The notes below the pieces were generated by a model. It ran no database searches. It was not told where the DNA came from and saw only the letters and a program-made list of their open reading frames with translations. Shown here piece by piece: positions 47,990-62,000 of a stretch of DNA of 64,000 nucleotides. Position 1 is the stretch's first letter, and each line of letters opens with the position of its first letter. Where the stretch lies: NCBI GenBank assembly GCA_002104905.1, contig MCFE01000261.1, positions 45,623-109,622 on the forward strand, given 5' to 3'. The DNA is from Basidiobolus meristosporus CBS 931.73. Its lineage: Eukaryota > Fungi > Basidiobolomycota. The translations under genes were made by a program, and so were the position numbers.

Positions 47990-50340
47990 TGTTAGATATG
48001 TCAAGACCATAAAAAAGTATGAATACTACTTTTACATTCAATATATCATTAAGTGAAGACCACATAGTCTACTTGCTGTCCCAATCACTTCTAGTATCTT
48101 CTGGACTCTTACAATGGGCTATGAGCTCCAAGCTGTCTCTCTCTGGGATGTCTACAGCTGCTATTACTACAATTTTGCTGTTGGCTGAAACGTTAGATGG
48201 ATCTGACTATCAAGTTTGGAAGGTGAAGATAAAGAAAGAAAAAAGTGCCTTTAACTGCATTTGCCTCAATGCCAAAGACAAATTGCTAATTCAATGCCCA
48301 CAAGCAAAAACCATAAAGCATACCTGGAGGGCATTAAAAGACACACACCAGTGATGTTTGGCTGCCAAGAAAATGTAACTTAGACAAATGTTTTGTTCTA
48401 TAAAGATTCTGCCAGGCAAAGAAATGAAAAATCCAATCAACAGAATTACCTTGCTTGTTGATAAGATGGAATCTGTGGGCATACCAACCACTGATGAGGA
48501 TATGATAGTTACCATCCTGAATAGCCTGACAAACTGGTTTCAGGGTCTTGCATCCGCCTTAGAGTTCAGTGCCAAAGATGTGACCTTAATTACATATATG
48601 GAAGGCTCCTGGAGGAAGAATTAGGAAAATCAGGCACCAATAACAAGGAAAATGACAATGCTTTCATAAGCATTGATAACCAGCAAAGAAGGTACTCAAG
48701 ACCCTTTAAAGGCAACAGCAACCTATTTTGCAACAACTGCAAAAGGAAAGAATGCACATCAGTGTGGTGCTTCAGAAAGAGAGATAATCTGCAAAAGAAG
48801 CCTGAATATGGAAATGCTGTAACAATAGAAGATACATATATTGTAAATGCGCTAAATATGACCACAAAAAAGGTTTCTCAGATCTGGTACATTAACTTTG
48901 TAGCATCTCAACATTTTACACACCAAAAAAAACTATGTATACAATATCAAGACATTTAAGTTAAGAATCCATGGGTGGCAATAAAACACTTGTTGTAGTG
49001 GGGGATAGTAACTATCCAAGTAAAATTTGAAAGCAGTGAAGGAGGCCATACACTGACCTTTAAAGAAGTACCCTATGTACCAGAAATAGTCAAGAACCTA
49101 CTCTTTGCAAGCCTGGCAACAGCAGAATTACTCAGTTTCAGCATTGACAGATCTGGATGCATGATCACTGATCAAAATGATGCTCATATTGCTTTGGTAT
49201 TAGAGATCAGAAATTGTATATATTGACTTATATTCCATCATATCTGGAAGTCAATATAAGTAACTTAAATGAAGAACCACTAATGCTTTGGCACAGGAGA
49301 TTTGAACATATCAATTTTGATTATTTGCACAAAATGATTAAATACCAGCTAATTTTTGGTGTAAAGATTGACCACTCCCAGCTAATTTGGAGTACTCTGG
49401 AGCCTGCATATATTAAAAACAAGCCAAAAAATTGTTTAAGGTCTCAGTGTTAATCAAAACTAAGAAAAGTTAGAACTAATTCACTCAGAACAGTGTAGAC
49501 CTATACAAAATGCAACATCAGGCAGGATGAAGTATATAATCACTTACAAGATACACTTTGATTTACTTCATAGATAGAATGGTAGAAGCCCTGTCTAAGC
49601 TCAGGGGGCTTAAAGTTGCAGTAGAGAGAGAAACTGGTGAAAAAATCAAGAAGATATGCTCTGACAATGATGGAGAATATACCTCAAAACTCTTCATCTG
49701 CTTCTGATTAATTCATGGAATAAAGCAAGAGACTACTGTACCATACTCCTCACAGAAAAATGGAGTAGCAGAATATGCAAACAGATCAATAATGGATATG
49801 GGATGATCTAGGGTTCATGATCAAAATTATCCTATGATTTTGGGGCAGAATCAATTGTCACAGCTGTAACCCTTAAAAATAGGAGTTATAACAAGATACC
49901 TCTAATTTTACTCCATTTGAAGCATGGTATGGATACAGACCAAGTACAGAACATCTGCAAATATTTGGGTGCATAGAAGATGCTAGACTACTTCCTGGGA
50001 ATCAGTCAAAATATGAGCCAACAAGTGTAAAATGCATACTTTTGGGCAACTGCAATGAGAGTAAAGCATGCAGACTCTACAATACTAAAGCATAGAGGCT
50101 GAGCAAGTCTAGAGATTTGTTGCTTGGTGAAAATGCAAAATTTCACAAAAATGACATCAGATGAAGACAAAACCTGAACTGAGCTCTACCAATTGTCAGG
50201 ATTGAATTAGAACAAAACAATGAGAATCATATCACTCTAAAAGACTTACAACTATGGTTTGGCCGGAATCAGTGCCTAGATATATCCCAGAAGTGATCAT
50301 TTCAGTATCAAAAGCCAGGAGATCCAACCAGATAAGAAAT
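47990..50340 (+). mobile_element. Decayed Copia B copy (partial 5' LTR, gag, PR, IN), 3'-truncated
   Basis: Degenerate PBS GGCTATGAGCTCC at about 48117; LDGSDYQVWKVK; LMLWHRRFEHINF. Confidence 0.85.
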
Positions 50341-53300
50341 TGTTGTAAGAGTCTGGGAGATATTGGAAGTGACTGGGAGGACTAGTAGATTATGTGGTTT
50401 TCACTTAAAGATTTTTTGAATGTAAAAGCAGCATTAATACTTTTACATATTCTAGACATAACAAACAAATAGAATAGGCTAAGGAAGTTCCTAAGAACAT
50501 GTGTGCAAAGTTTGGGCTGTTTGGACAACTTTGAAAAGTTTCATGTTCTGGGTACCTGGTATTTTGGTGAAAATATTCTAAGTAAATCCCAACAAGGACT
50601 TTGGTCAGTATTCTCTAGGATTTGAAGGTAATGATCTAAGTGACCAAGTTAGTTGAACATTTAGGCGGAATTGCAAATTTCTCACAACACTACCACTCAG
50701 CTAAATGTTCACACTGACTAGTGCTAATTTTGACCTAAGATATTCAAACTTTTCTCTAGCTAATGGTTTGGTAAATATGTCTGCAATCATTTCATCTGAA
50801 GGACAGTAAACTTAGCTTACTACATTATTCTCTATAGCTTCATGTATGAAATGATGTCTAATATCTATGTGCTTAGTTCTAGCATGAAAAGTTAGATTTC
50901 TAACTTGTTGTACACATCCATGATTATCTTTAAATAAGGTAATAGGAGTTTTTGATATTGGCATAAATCTGTAACAAGCTTTCTTAACCACATTGCATTT
51001 TTTGTAACTTCACAGGCTGCCATATACTCTGCTTATGTGGTAGAAAGTACTACAGTTGGTTGCTTTTTACAGTAAAGAAAGGCATATCCAGTGGTGGATC
51101 TTGTGTCTTCCAAATTTTGTCCCCAATCAGTATCAGAGTATCACACAAGATCCTGTTCTGAGTCCTAATAAGTATATCTTAAGTAGATGTCAGAAGTTTC
51201 TCTAGGTATCTAAAAATCTGCTTAATTGCTGCAATAAGATCAGATACATAGTTCTGATTATGTTGGCTGGCAACTCCCACTGAATATGATATATCTGGAC
51301 GTGTTCCAAGCATGATATACATCAGACTGCCAGCCATTGATTGATAAGAAAAGTCAGGGCTTTCAGATTGCCCAAAGCTCTCTTAATTTGGTTGAGTTTT
51401 GGCCAAGTTAAGGTTTGTCTCCATTGGGGTAGCTGCTGGTTTACAGTCTTCCATTTGGTACCTCTTTAGAATATTGTGAGTATACTTGGATTGGCTTAGG
51501 GTTATAGTCTGGGTACTTCTGTCTATGGAGACCTTAATCCATAAGTAGCAACTGAGTTCTCCCAGATTGAACATCTTGAACTCCTTAGATAGGCTGTATT
51601 TAGTCTCTTCCAATGTTGTTTGATTATAGGTGGCTATAATAAGATCATCCACATATAGAGCCAATAGATGTGGACTTTCTCTATCTGGCTGATAGTATAT
51701 ACTATAGTCAGCATTACTCCTTTTTGAACTCAGAGATTCCAAATAAGAATCTATCCAGTAATTCCACGCTCCTGGTGATTGTTTGAGACCATAAAGAGAC
51801 TTTTTAAGCTTGCAGACTAAATGGGGGTTATCTTGGTCAACAAACCCATCAGTCTGACTCATATACATGTTGACATCAGGTTCTCCATTCACAAATGCAG
51901 CTTTTACATCCATGATGACTGAAACACTTATATTTGGCAGCAATAGCCAATATTAATCTGATGGAATTAAACTTGGCTACCAGTGCAAAGGTCTTGGTAT
52001 TGTCAAGTCCATTTGTTTGAGAGTATACTCTGGCCACAGTCTTGCTTTGTGTCTTACAATTGTACCATCAGCCTTGAACTTTGTCTTGAAGACCTATCTG
52101 CATCCAATTGATATTTGGTTGATTGGTAATTTCACTAAGTTCCAAGTTTGATTATCCATCAGGGCCTGATATTCCTCAGTCATTGCAGATCTCCAAAACC
52201 TTCTCTAAGGGCTATCAAGGGCCTCTTTTACAGTCTAGGGCTCATCAATATGGATGGAATAGATATAAGCTAAGTTTGTACCCTCATTGATATAGTAATT
52301 TGGGCTATTTCTTGTCAATTGGATCTCCAGGCATTTGAAACTGGAATGATCACTTCTGGATTTTTCTAGGCACTACCTCAGTGTGAACCATGGTTGTAGA
52401 GTCCTCTGGAGAGAAAAAGTTTTCATTGTTTTGCTCTGATTCAATCCTGACAATTGATGGACTTGAGATCAGATTTGTGTCATCAGCTGATGTCATTTTT
52501 TGTTAAAATTTTGAGTTTTCATCAAACAACACATCCCTGGACTTGATTAGCCTCCTTGTTTTGGTACTGTAGAGTCTGTATGCATTACTCTCATTGCAGT
52601 AGCCCAAAAATATGCATTTTACACTTCTTGGCTCATTTCTGGCCAGTTTTTTGGCAAATGCTGTACACTCAAATATTCTTAGATGTTCTGCACTTGGGCT
52701 GTATCCATACCATCCTTCAAAAGGAGTAGAAGCACAAAGTATTTGGTTATAACTCCTATTCTTAGGGTACACAGCTCTGGCAACTGATTATGCCCAAAAA
52801 TCATAGGATAATCTTGATCATGGATCATATACCTTGCTGTATTGATTAGTGCTCTGTTTGCATACTCTGCTACTTCATTTTGCTGTGGGGAGTATGGTAT
52901 AGTAGTTTTTTGCTTTATCCCATGAATTTTGCACAAGTAGATGAAGAATTTGAGGTATATTCTCCACTATTGTCACATCATGTTTTCTTGATTTTCCCAC
53001 TAGTTTCTCTCTTCACCATGGCTTTAAGCTCCCTGAAATTAGACAGAGCTTCTTCCTTTCTCTCCATGAAGTAGACCCACATGTATCTTGTATAATCATC
53101 AATGAAAGTGATTAAATACTTCATCCTGCCTAAGGATAAATTTTGCATAGGTCCACACAGATCTGAGTGAATTATATCTAATTTTTTTCTTAGTCTTGAT
53201 CAACACAGAGCTCTTCAAGAGTTGTGTGACTTGTTTCCCATATATGCAGGCTTTACAGTGCTCCAAATCAGCTGGGGGATCACTTGTTACTCTGGAAATT

Positions 53301-56039
53301 AGCTGGTCTTTGATCATTTTGCGCAAATAATTAAAATTGATGTGTCCAAATCTCCTGTGCCAAAGCATTGGTGTTTCTTCATTTGAGTTACTTATATTGG
53401 CTTCCAAATATGATGGAATATAAGACAACTTGTATAGACTCTGATCTTTAGTACCCAAAGCGATATGTGCACTATTTTGATCAGTGATCTTGCATCCAGA
53501 ATTGTCAAAGCTGAAACTGAGTCTTTTGGCTGTGGCCTTACTCACAGTAAGTAGGTTCTTGGCTATTTCTGGCACATAGAGTACTTCTTTAAAGGTCAGT
53601 GTATGGCTTCCTTCACTGCTTCTGAGGCTTACTTGAATAGCTCCTTCTCCCACTGCATCAAGTGTTCTGTTGTCATCCATGAAAACCTCTCTGATTGGAA
53701 TTTCTTGATATTAGGTAAAAAGTTCTTTGGGTGTGTAAAGTATTGAGATGCTCCAGAGTCAATGTACCACATCTGAGAATCCTTGTTTGTGGTCATATTT
53801 AGTACAGCTATGAATAGTCTATCTTCAGTTGTTGCAGAATTTCCATATTCAGGCTTCTTTTGCCAATTATCTCTCTTTCTGAGACACTGGTCTGATGTGT
53901 GTCCCTTCCTTTGGCAGTAGTTGCAAACAGGTTGCTATTGCCTATGTAAGGTCTTGGGTACCTCCTTTGTTGGTTATCATTGCTTATTGAGGCATCTTCT
54001 ACTTCCTTCTTATTGGTGCTGTAGCAGGGTGACAGTACCACCTAATGACAGATGTGCTTGTTCCCAAGTTTTCTACTTCCCTATATCTCTACTACACTTA
54101 TTTTAGCTTTATCCCATTTGTCTTACCTGATCAGTACTATTCCATAAGCTGGTTGACTATCAAACCACTTACCTTATTGCATAAGTTACCCCTCACTTTA
54201 TGTAAGATTACTAGCGATAAGTGCTTCTATATTAGGCAAGTAACCGTACCAGTACCTGTGACACATGAACAGCCTGTGTCACCATCTCTACCATTTTCAT
54301 ACCATATACGGTATCCCTATGTTGCACAGGTTTCAGAATACTGATTCCTGATTGGTTGGATGTGCTGTGCCTCTTAGAACCTTCCGGCACCTACTTAGAA
54401 CATTCTTAGGTCATTCTGATGTCATTAAGATTTCTATTGATATCCAGAACCTTCTGGAACACCATGATTAGTAATCACTTAGCCAGTAAGAAAAGTATAT
54501 AAGGGAGGCTATCCCTCAACAATAAATCATCATCCCTTTTATCAATATACCAACTTGTTGATTAGTGTGATCACTGCTACCTGCTGCTACCTGAACTTCC
54601 AACCCCCAATCACAGGACACACCCAGGAAACCATGCTGACAGCCAACTGACCTTGGAGGCATTACTTGTGAGGAATACTCAGAGTTGGTATCATTTATTA
54701 TATTTGATTCTTTCCCAAGTTTGTTCTTGTACAGGCAAAGATACTTTTCTGTCTTTGTAACTATTGACCACAGCTGCATTCTTACCAAGTCCCTGCTGGT
54801 GGAGTTTACAGTTGTTTGGACTTTGGAAGCTTTAGTATATTGTCATCTCAAAGGATGCTGAACCCTGCACATACTTTTGTTAAGACGCCAACTAAGTTGG
54901 GGATTGTAGCTCAATAGTTTTCCCTTGACAAGCTTGTGGCTTTATTCCCCTTCACATTAGATTAGAGACAGAACCCAAGTATTCCTAGCAAGCTTTTGCC
55001 AGAGGTTGTTGCACCCAGTGAACACCCCACACACAAAACACTTGAGAAGTGTTGGACGTTTCTCTCCCTTGGACCTATACACTACCACAGCACTTGATTT
55101 TCTTAATTCTTCATCCAGGAGCATTTCTTATAAGTAATTTAAGGTTAAATCTTCAGTTCTGGACTCTAGGGCTGATACAAGGCCCTGAAACCTGTCTGTT
55201 GGGCTACTCTGGATGGTTACTATCACATCCTCATCAGTAGCTGGTATGCCCACAGATTCCATCTCATCTACCTGCAGGGTAATTCTGTTAACTAAATTTT
55301 GCATTTCTTCTCCTGGCTGCATCTTTGTAGTAAAGAATTTTAGTCTCAGATACATTTTCTTAGCATCTGAACATGACTGGTAGGGGTCTACTAATGCCTA
55401 CCAGGCATTCTTTGCTGTTTTTGCTCTTGAGCATTAAATTAGCAATTTGTCTTTAACATTAAGGCAAATGCAGTTAAAGGCACTTTGTTCTTTCTTCTGG
55501 TACTTAAGGCTTCCTCTCTCACCTTTTGAGGGGGGCCTTCCTCTCCCATGACAATATCCCAAAGGCCTCTTTCTTGTCGCAACATCTTCATCTTCACCTT
55601 CCATACTTGTTAGTTAGATCCATGCAACTTTTGAGCCAACAGAAAAATTTCAGTAATAGACTTAGCAGAGAGTGACAGCTTGGGGCTCATAGCCTGCTGT
55701 AAGAGTCTTTGAGATATTGGAAGTGAGTAGGAGGACAAGTAGATTATGTGGTTTTCACTTGATGATTTATTGAATGAAAAAGTAGTATTAATACTTTTAC
55801 ATGGTCTTGGCATAACAAACATATAGAACAGGTTCAGGAAGGTCCAAGAACATGTGTGCAAGTTTGGGGCTGTTTGGACAAGTTTGAGAATTTCATGTTA
55901 TGTATACCTGGTATATTGGTGAAAATATTCTAAGTAAATCCCAACAAGAAGTTTGGTCAGTATTCTCCAGGATTTGAAGGTAATGATCTAAGTGACTAAG
56001 TTAGGTGAATGTTTAGGTGGAATTACATTCTTTACAGCA
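50341..56039 (-). mobile_element. Copia B copy II (two LTRs, decayed gag-pol) carrying a solo LTR D
   Basis: LTRs 50341-50689 and 55695-56039; PBS complement GGGGCTCATAGCC at about 55682-94; RT LLALYVDDLII. Flanks GAAAT/GATTG do not match. Confidence 0.88.
54020..55089 (+). mobile_element. Solo LTR family D (1070 bp)
   Basis: TGTAGCA...TACCACA interrupts Copia B gag at GGTGC|TTGATTTTC; internal TATATAA and AATAAA; 4-bp flanks GTGC/GCAC; the 3' half recurs at 30318-30863. Confidence 0.75.
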
Positions 56040-59000
56040 GATTGGAGCCTGTGTTAAGTACATATGGTGCTGAATACTCTGTAATATCTTGCTAATTCTT
56101 TCAACTTTCTCCACTATCTCAAAGGGCTCATTTAGCTTGATATGCCCCATGTACAACTTGGTCATCAATATAGTGATATTGTTGAAAAGTAAATGCATTG
56201 CCCCCAGTGGAAAGCTTTTGCTCCAATAGATATCCTCTATCTTGAGTATCTCTGGCTTCTGATTAATTTCATACTCTGGCCAATGGCTTATAGCTTGCCA
56301 GCTTTGCTGCAATTGCATGCTGACTTCTGTATGTTCTCACTGTGGACAGATGATGTTCTTAGTGCTGGTGTTTGAGTAATAACAATATGTGTGAGTTATG
56401 GAGTAGGTCCCCTGGATCTCACACATTTGACAGCAATACCATCTATTGTGCCCAGAAAAGCCAGCTATCTTGCTGATGGCTGGGGTACCTCCAATGCAGA
56501 TAATAGTAAGTGCCTTGACATGATGATCATTTACTGTTATCCCACTGGAAAGCACACAAAAGTTACCCTGCAATGAATACAGCTAGCTATCCAGGTTGGA
56601 CAGTGATTTAGGACTTGATACCAGTAATACTACCATTGGATTTGTGCTCTCATACTGTAAGATAGGTGGCAGTTTCAGGTTGATGAGAATCAGTTGCCAG
56701 CAGGATTTGCTGGTAAAGTACTTGTTTGATGTGAATTCATTAAGTGCCAAGGCAAAGGCATGGTCACACATACCTTCAAAGTAACCTTTGCTTCTTAGCT
56801 GTTTCCAATGTTTGCCACCAAATACATTAGATATGTTTGCACTTAATTGATACTGAGTGTGGTACTTTATAGCTTGACAATATTTGTTGGACTGCATGAG
56901 CTTCTTTAGATAGGGTATTACCAGAATATATCTGGAGTGTGAACAATGTTTTCCCCCAATAGTGGTGGATTCCTGACAAGTTGGACACCTTGCAATGGTG
57001 GCATTTTCTGATGTGAATAGCATGCAACTGTTAACAAATACTGGTATCAGGATGGTCTCTGGGTCATATGTTTCCAGTTGCATGCTGATGTCCATTCATA
57101 CCATGTACATGGTAAGTTGCATCCCAGGATTATTTTGGTAAGAAGTAATAGCAAATCCTCAAAGCCCCCATTACTGATATTATTGTAAATACACCACTTC
57201 TCAAGCTACAACATCATATCATTCACCAGTAGATGGATTACTGGGCTCACTTGACTCCATTAAGTATCCTTGGCATTTTCTTTCCAAAGGTGTTATCTCA
57301 TTGCATAATATGATTTTGTCAGGCTCATGCAGGATACTGATGTTGAGAAGATAAGCTCACAATATGTCAGTGAGCCTGCTTCTTTAGAGCCATCACTCTG
57401 CATGTCATATTCCAAAGGCTAGGGTGAGCCTAAAGGCATCACAAACTCACCTGACTCAGCTTACGCAATGTGACAAGTATGGCTAGGTGCCATCATAGAA
57501 GTATCAACAGGCTGGCAAGATAATGGTGGTACAGTAGTAACCAATGAATGGTCAAATATGACTTTGGTTGCAAAACAGTGGCCATATATCCTGGTAATAC
57601 TTCCTATGCTGCCTGCATGCTTCATGGCTGAGAGGCTTGCTACAATGTCCGCATGGTCTTTTTCTCATCTCTTGCATGTTGAGTCAAAGTAGTCTTGTCC
57701 ATAAGGCAAACAGTTTGTTCTTCCACAATATAACACTATTGTATCACTTTTTGGTCAATACTCATGTGAACTTAAGACAGTCTTGTATTTGAGACACTGC
57801 ACCTACATGAATGTAAGATTCAATGATGACCTGCCATGATAAGCACTATAAATAAAGCTGTGGCACCACATACACACATATTTGTAACTCCATATCCTCT
57901 TTGGAATGATTCACTTTCATATACAAGAGCAGTACCTTCAGTTGAAGACCATCAAGTGGCTGCTGTAACATCACCACCACCTGTATTAGCATGTATGTTG
58001 TCAGCTCATACCAAAGCATTAATGAGGCAATTATGTGCAGTGGTGGCTAGGATAGATGCAATGGCCCATAGAGATCAGGAAATAGTCCAGCAACATGATG
58101 AGTAGACAAAAGGTGTAGAGCAATTAATATCCCAGGTAGAGAAAGCAATATCTCTGCTGCAAAGAAGGAACTCAAGTAGCTGAATGTCACAGCCAAGAAT
58201 TGAGCCATTTCCCAATGTAGTAGCAGAGGAACATTGTACAGTCTCAGAAGCACAACAACAGTGCCCAAAGATAAAGCCCACAGAAAAACCATCATAGCAT
58301 GAGAGGGAGAAATTGTAGTATTTGTACCAAAGCCTAAAGATCAGAAAATATTGAAGATCTGTGAAGCAGTTGAGCACAATGATGAAGTGTGTACTAATAC
58401 TCAAGAGGTCATTAGAAGTCTAGCATGCCAACACCTTAAGGCTGGTATACCATGGGAGCATCAGGAACTCAAGGCTAAGCAGAATGCGCTTGACTTGCTC
58501 CAAGAGTATTATGCTGGATTTAAACAAGTAAACAGATGTTGGGCCAGCATTTGTATGCTATGAAAGTATCTCAAGAATAGTAGAAACCATCAATGGCAGA
58601 AGAGCAAGGGTGCAATGGCAAAAACCGGTGGCTTCCTCAAGGGCCTGTTACAAGCAAAGCCCAAAGCTCCTAACAAACATCAAAGAGACATCAGGTAGCT
58701 GGAAGAGTGCCAATAAGGGGAAAGCAGGCTGACACAGATGCACCAGCACAACATTTACTTATGGAAAAGAGTTGTTCTACTCAAGAAGCACTCAGTCAAA
58801 GTAGCAGTGAAGCACCTGGTAGTGATAAAAATAAGCAGCTACCTCAGGAGCCTGTCACAGCATGGGCTGAGAGCTTGAAACAAGCCAAAAAGTAGCATCA
58901 GGTTGCCTGCAGGGTAACAGCAAGGGACAAGCAGGCCAAAACAGATGCATCAGAGCAGCATTTATCAAGGAGAAAATGTAGTTCTATCCAAGATTTACTC

Positions 59001-59065
59001 AGACAAAGTAGCAGTGAAAGACCTGGCAGTAATAAAGAAAAAGGTGAAGGGAGAAGAGTCTATCT

Positions 59066-62000
59066 TGTTGTAAGAGTCTTGGAGATATTGGAAGTGATTG
59101 GGAGAACAAGTAGATTATGTGGTTTTCACTTAATGATTTATTGAATGTAAAAGTAGTATTTATACTTTTACCTGGTCTTGGCATTACAAACACGTAGAAT
59201 AGGTTAAGGAAGGTTCCAAGAACATGTGTGCAAAGTTTGGGGCTGTTTGGACAACTGTGAGAATTTTCATGTTCTGGGTACCTGGCATTTTGGTGAAAAT
59301 ATTCCAAGTAAATCCCAACAAGGACTTTGGTCAGTATTCTTTAGGATTTGAAGGTGATGATCTAAGTGACTAAGTTAGGTGAATATTTAGGTGGAAATAC
59401 AAATTTTTACAACACTCCCACTCAGCTAAATGCTCATACTGACTAGTCCTAATTTTGACCTAAGATATTCAAACTTGTCTCTAGCTAATGGTTTGGTAAA
59501 TATGTCTGCAATCATTTCATCTGTAGGACAGTAAACTAAGCTAACTAAGTTATTCTCTATAGCTTCACGTATGAAATGATGTCTAATATCTATGTGCTTG
59601 GTTCTAGCATGAGAAGTTGGATTTCTACCTAATTGTATACATCCTTGATTATCTTGAAATAAAGTAATAGGCGTTTTTTGACATAGGCCTAAATCTGTAA
59701 GGAGCTTTCTTAACCACATTGCTCCTTTTGTAGCTTCACAGGCAGCCATATACTCTGCCTCTGTAGTAGAAAGTGCTACGGTTGGTTGCTTTCTTGAATT
59801 CCATGAAATTGCTCCTTTACAGTAAAGAAGGGTGTATCCTGTGGTGGATCTTCTGTCTTCCAAATTTCGTCCCCAATCAGCATCAGAGTATCCCATAAGA
59901 TCCTGTTCTGAATCATTATAAGTGTATCTTAAGCAGATATCAGCAGTTCCTTTTAGGTATCTAAAAATCCGCTTAACTGCTGCAATATGATCAGATCCAT
60001 AATTCTGATTATGTTAGCTGACAACTCCCACTGAATATCAGATATCTGGACGTGTTCCAAGCATGATATACATCAGACTGCCAACCATACATTGATAAGG
60101 AAAGTCAGGGCTTTCAGATGGCACCAAGCTCTCTTGATTTGGTTGAGTTTTGACCTAGTTAAGGTTTGTCTCCATTGGGGTAGCTGCCGGTTTACAGTCT
60201 TCCATTTTGTACTTCTTTAGTATATCTTAAATATACTTGGATTGGCTTAGGGTAATAGTCTGGGTACTTCTGTCTATGGAGAACTTAATCCCTAAGTAGT
60301 AACTAAGTTCTCCTAGATTGGACATCTTGAACTCCTTAGATAGGCTGGATTTAGTCTCTTTCAATGTTTCTAGGTTATTGGCGGCTATAATAAGATCATC
60401 CACATATAGAGCTAATAGAACTGGATTTGCTCTATCTGGCTTATAATATATACTATAGTCAGCGTTACTCCTTTTGAATCTCAAAGATTCCAAATAAGAA
60501 TCTATCTTGCAATTCCAGGCTCTTGGTGATTGTTTGAGACCATATAGTGACCTTTTTAAGCTTGCAGACCAAATGGGGGTTATCTTGGTCAATAAACCCA
60601 TCGGTCTGACTCATATACATGTTGACATCAGGTTCTCCATTCAAAAATGCAGTTTTTACATCCACTTGATGAATAAAAAACTTATATTTGGCTGCAATAG
60701 CCAATATTAATCTGATGGAATTAAACTTGGCTACCGGTGCAAAGGTCTCAGTATAGTCAAGTCCTTTTGTTTGAGAGTATCCTTTGGCTACAAGTCTTGC
60801 TTTGTATCTTTCAATGGTACCATCAGCTTTGTATTTTGTCTTGAAGACCCATCTGCATCCAATTGATTTTTGGTTGATTGGTAATTTGACTATGTCCCAA
60901 GTTTGATTTTCCATTAGGACCTGATATTCCTCAGTCATTGCAGATCTCCAAAGCTTTGTCTGAGGGCTATTTAGGGCCTCTTTTACAGTCTGGGGTTCAT
61001 CAATATGGACTGAATAGGCATAGGCTAAGTTTGTACCCTCATTGATATAGTAATTTGGGTTATTTCTTGTCCAATTGGATCTTTGGCCATTTGATACTGG
61101 AATGATCACTTCTGGGATATTCCTGGGCACTGATTCTGGCTGAACCATGGTTGTAGAGTCCTCTGGAGTGAAAAAATTTTCATTGTTTTGCTCTGATTCA
61201 ATCCTGACAATTGGTGGACTTGAGATAAAATTTTTGTCATCATCTGATGTCATTTTTTGTGAAAATTTTGAATTTTCATCAAACAACACATCCCTGGACT
61301 TGATCCGCTTCTTTGCTTTGGTATTGTAGAGTCTGTATGCCTTACTCTCATTGCAGTAGCCCAAAAATATGCATTTTACACTTTTTGGCTCAAATTTTGA
61401 CTGATTTCCGGCCAGTTTTTTGGCAAATGCTGTGCACCCAAATATTCTTAGATGTTCTGCACTTGGTCTGTATCCATACCATGCTTCAAATGGAGTAGAA
61501 TCACGAAGTATTCTGTTATAACTCCTATTTCTAAGGTATACAGCAGTAGCAACTGATTCCGCCCAAAATCATAGGATAATTTATGATCATGGATTATAGA
61601 TCTTGCCATATCAATTATTGATCTGTTAGCTTGTTCTGCTACTCCATTTTGCTGTGGGGAGTATGGTACAGTAGTCTCTTGCTTTATCCCATGAATTTTG
61701 CAGAAGTGGATGAAGAGTTTTGAGGTATATTCTCCACCATTGTCAGAGCATATTTTCTTGATTTTTTCACCAGTTTCTCTCTCCACCATGGCTTTAAACT
61801 CCCTGAGCTTAGACAGAGCTTCTTCCTTTCTCTCCATGAAGTAGACCCATGTGCATCTTGTATAATCATCAATAAAAGTGATTAAATACTTCATCCCGCC
61901 TAAGGATAAATTTTGCATAGGTCCACAAAGCTCTGAGTGAATTAGATCTAATTTTTTCTTAGTTTTGAATAACCCAGAGCTCTTGAACAGTTGTCTAGCT

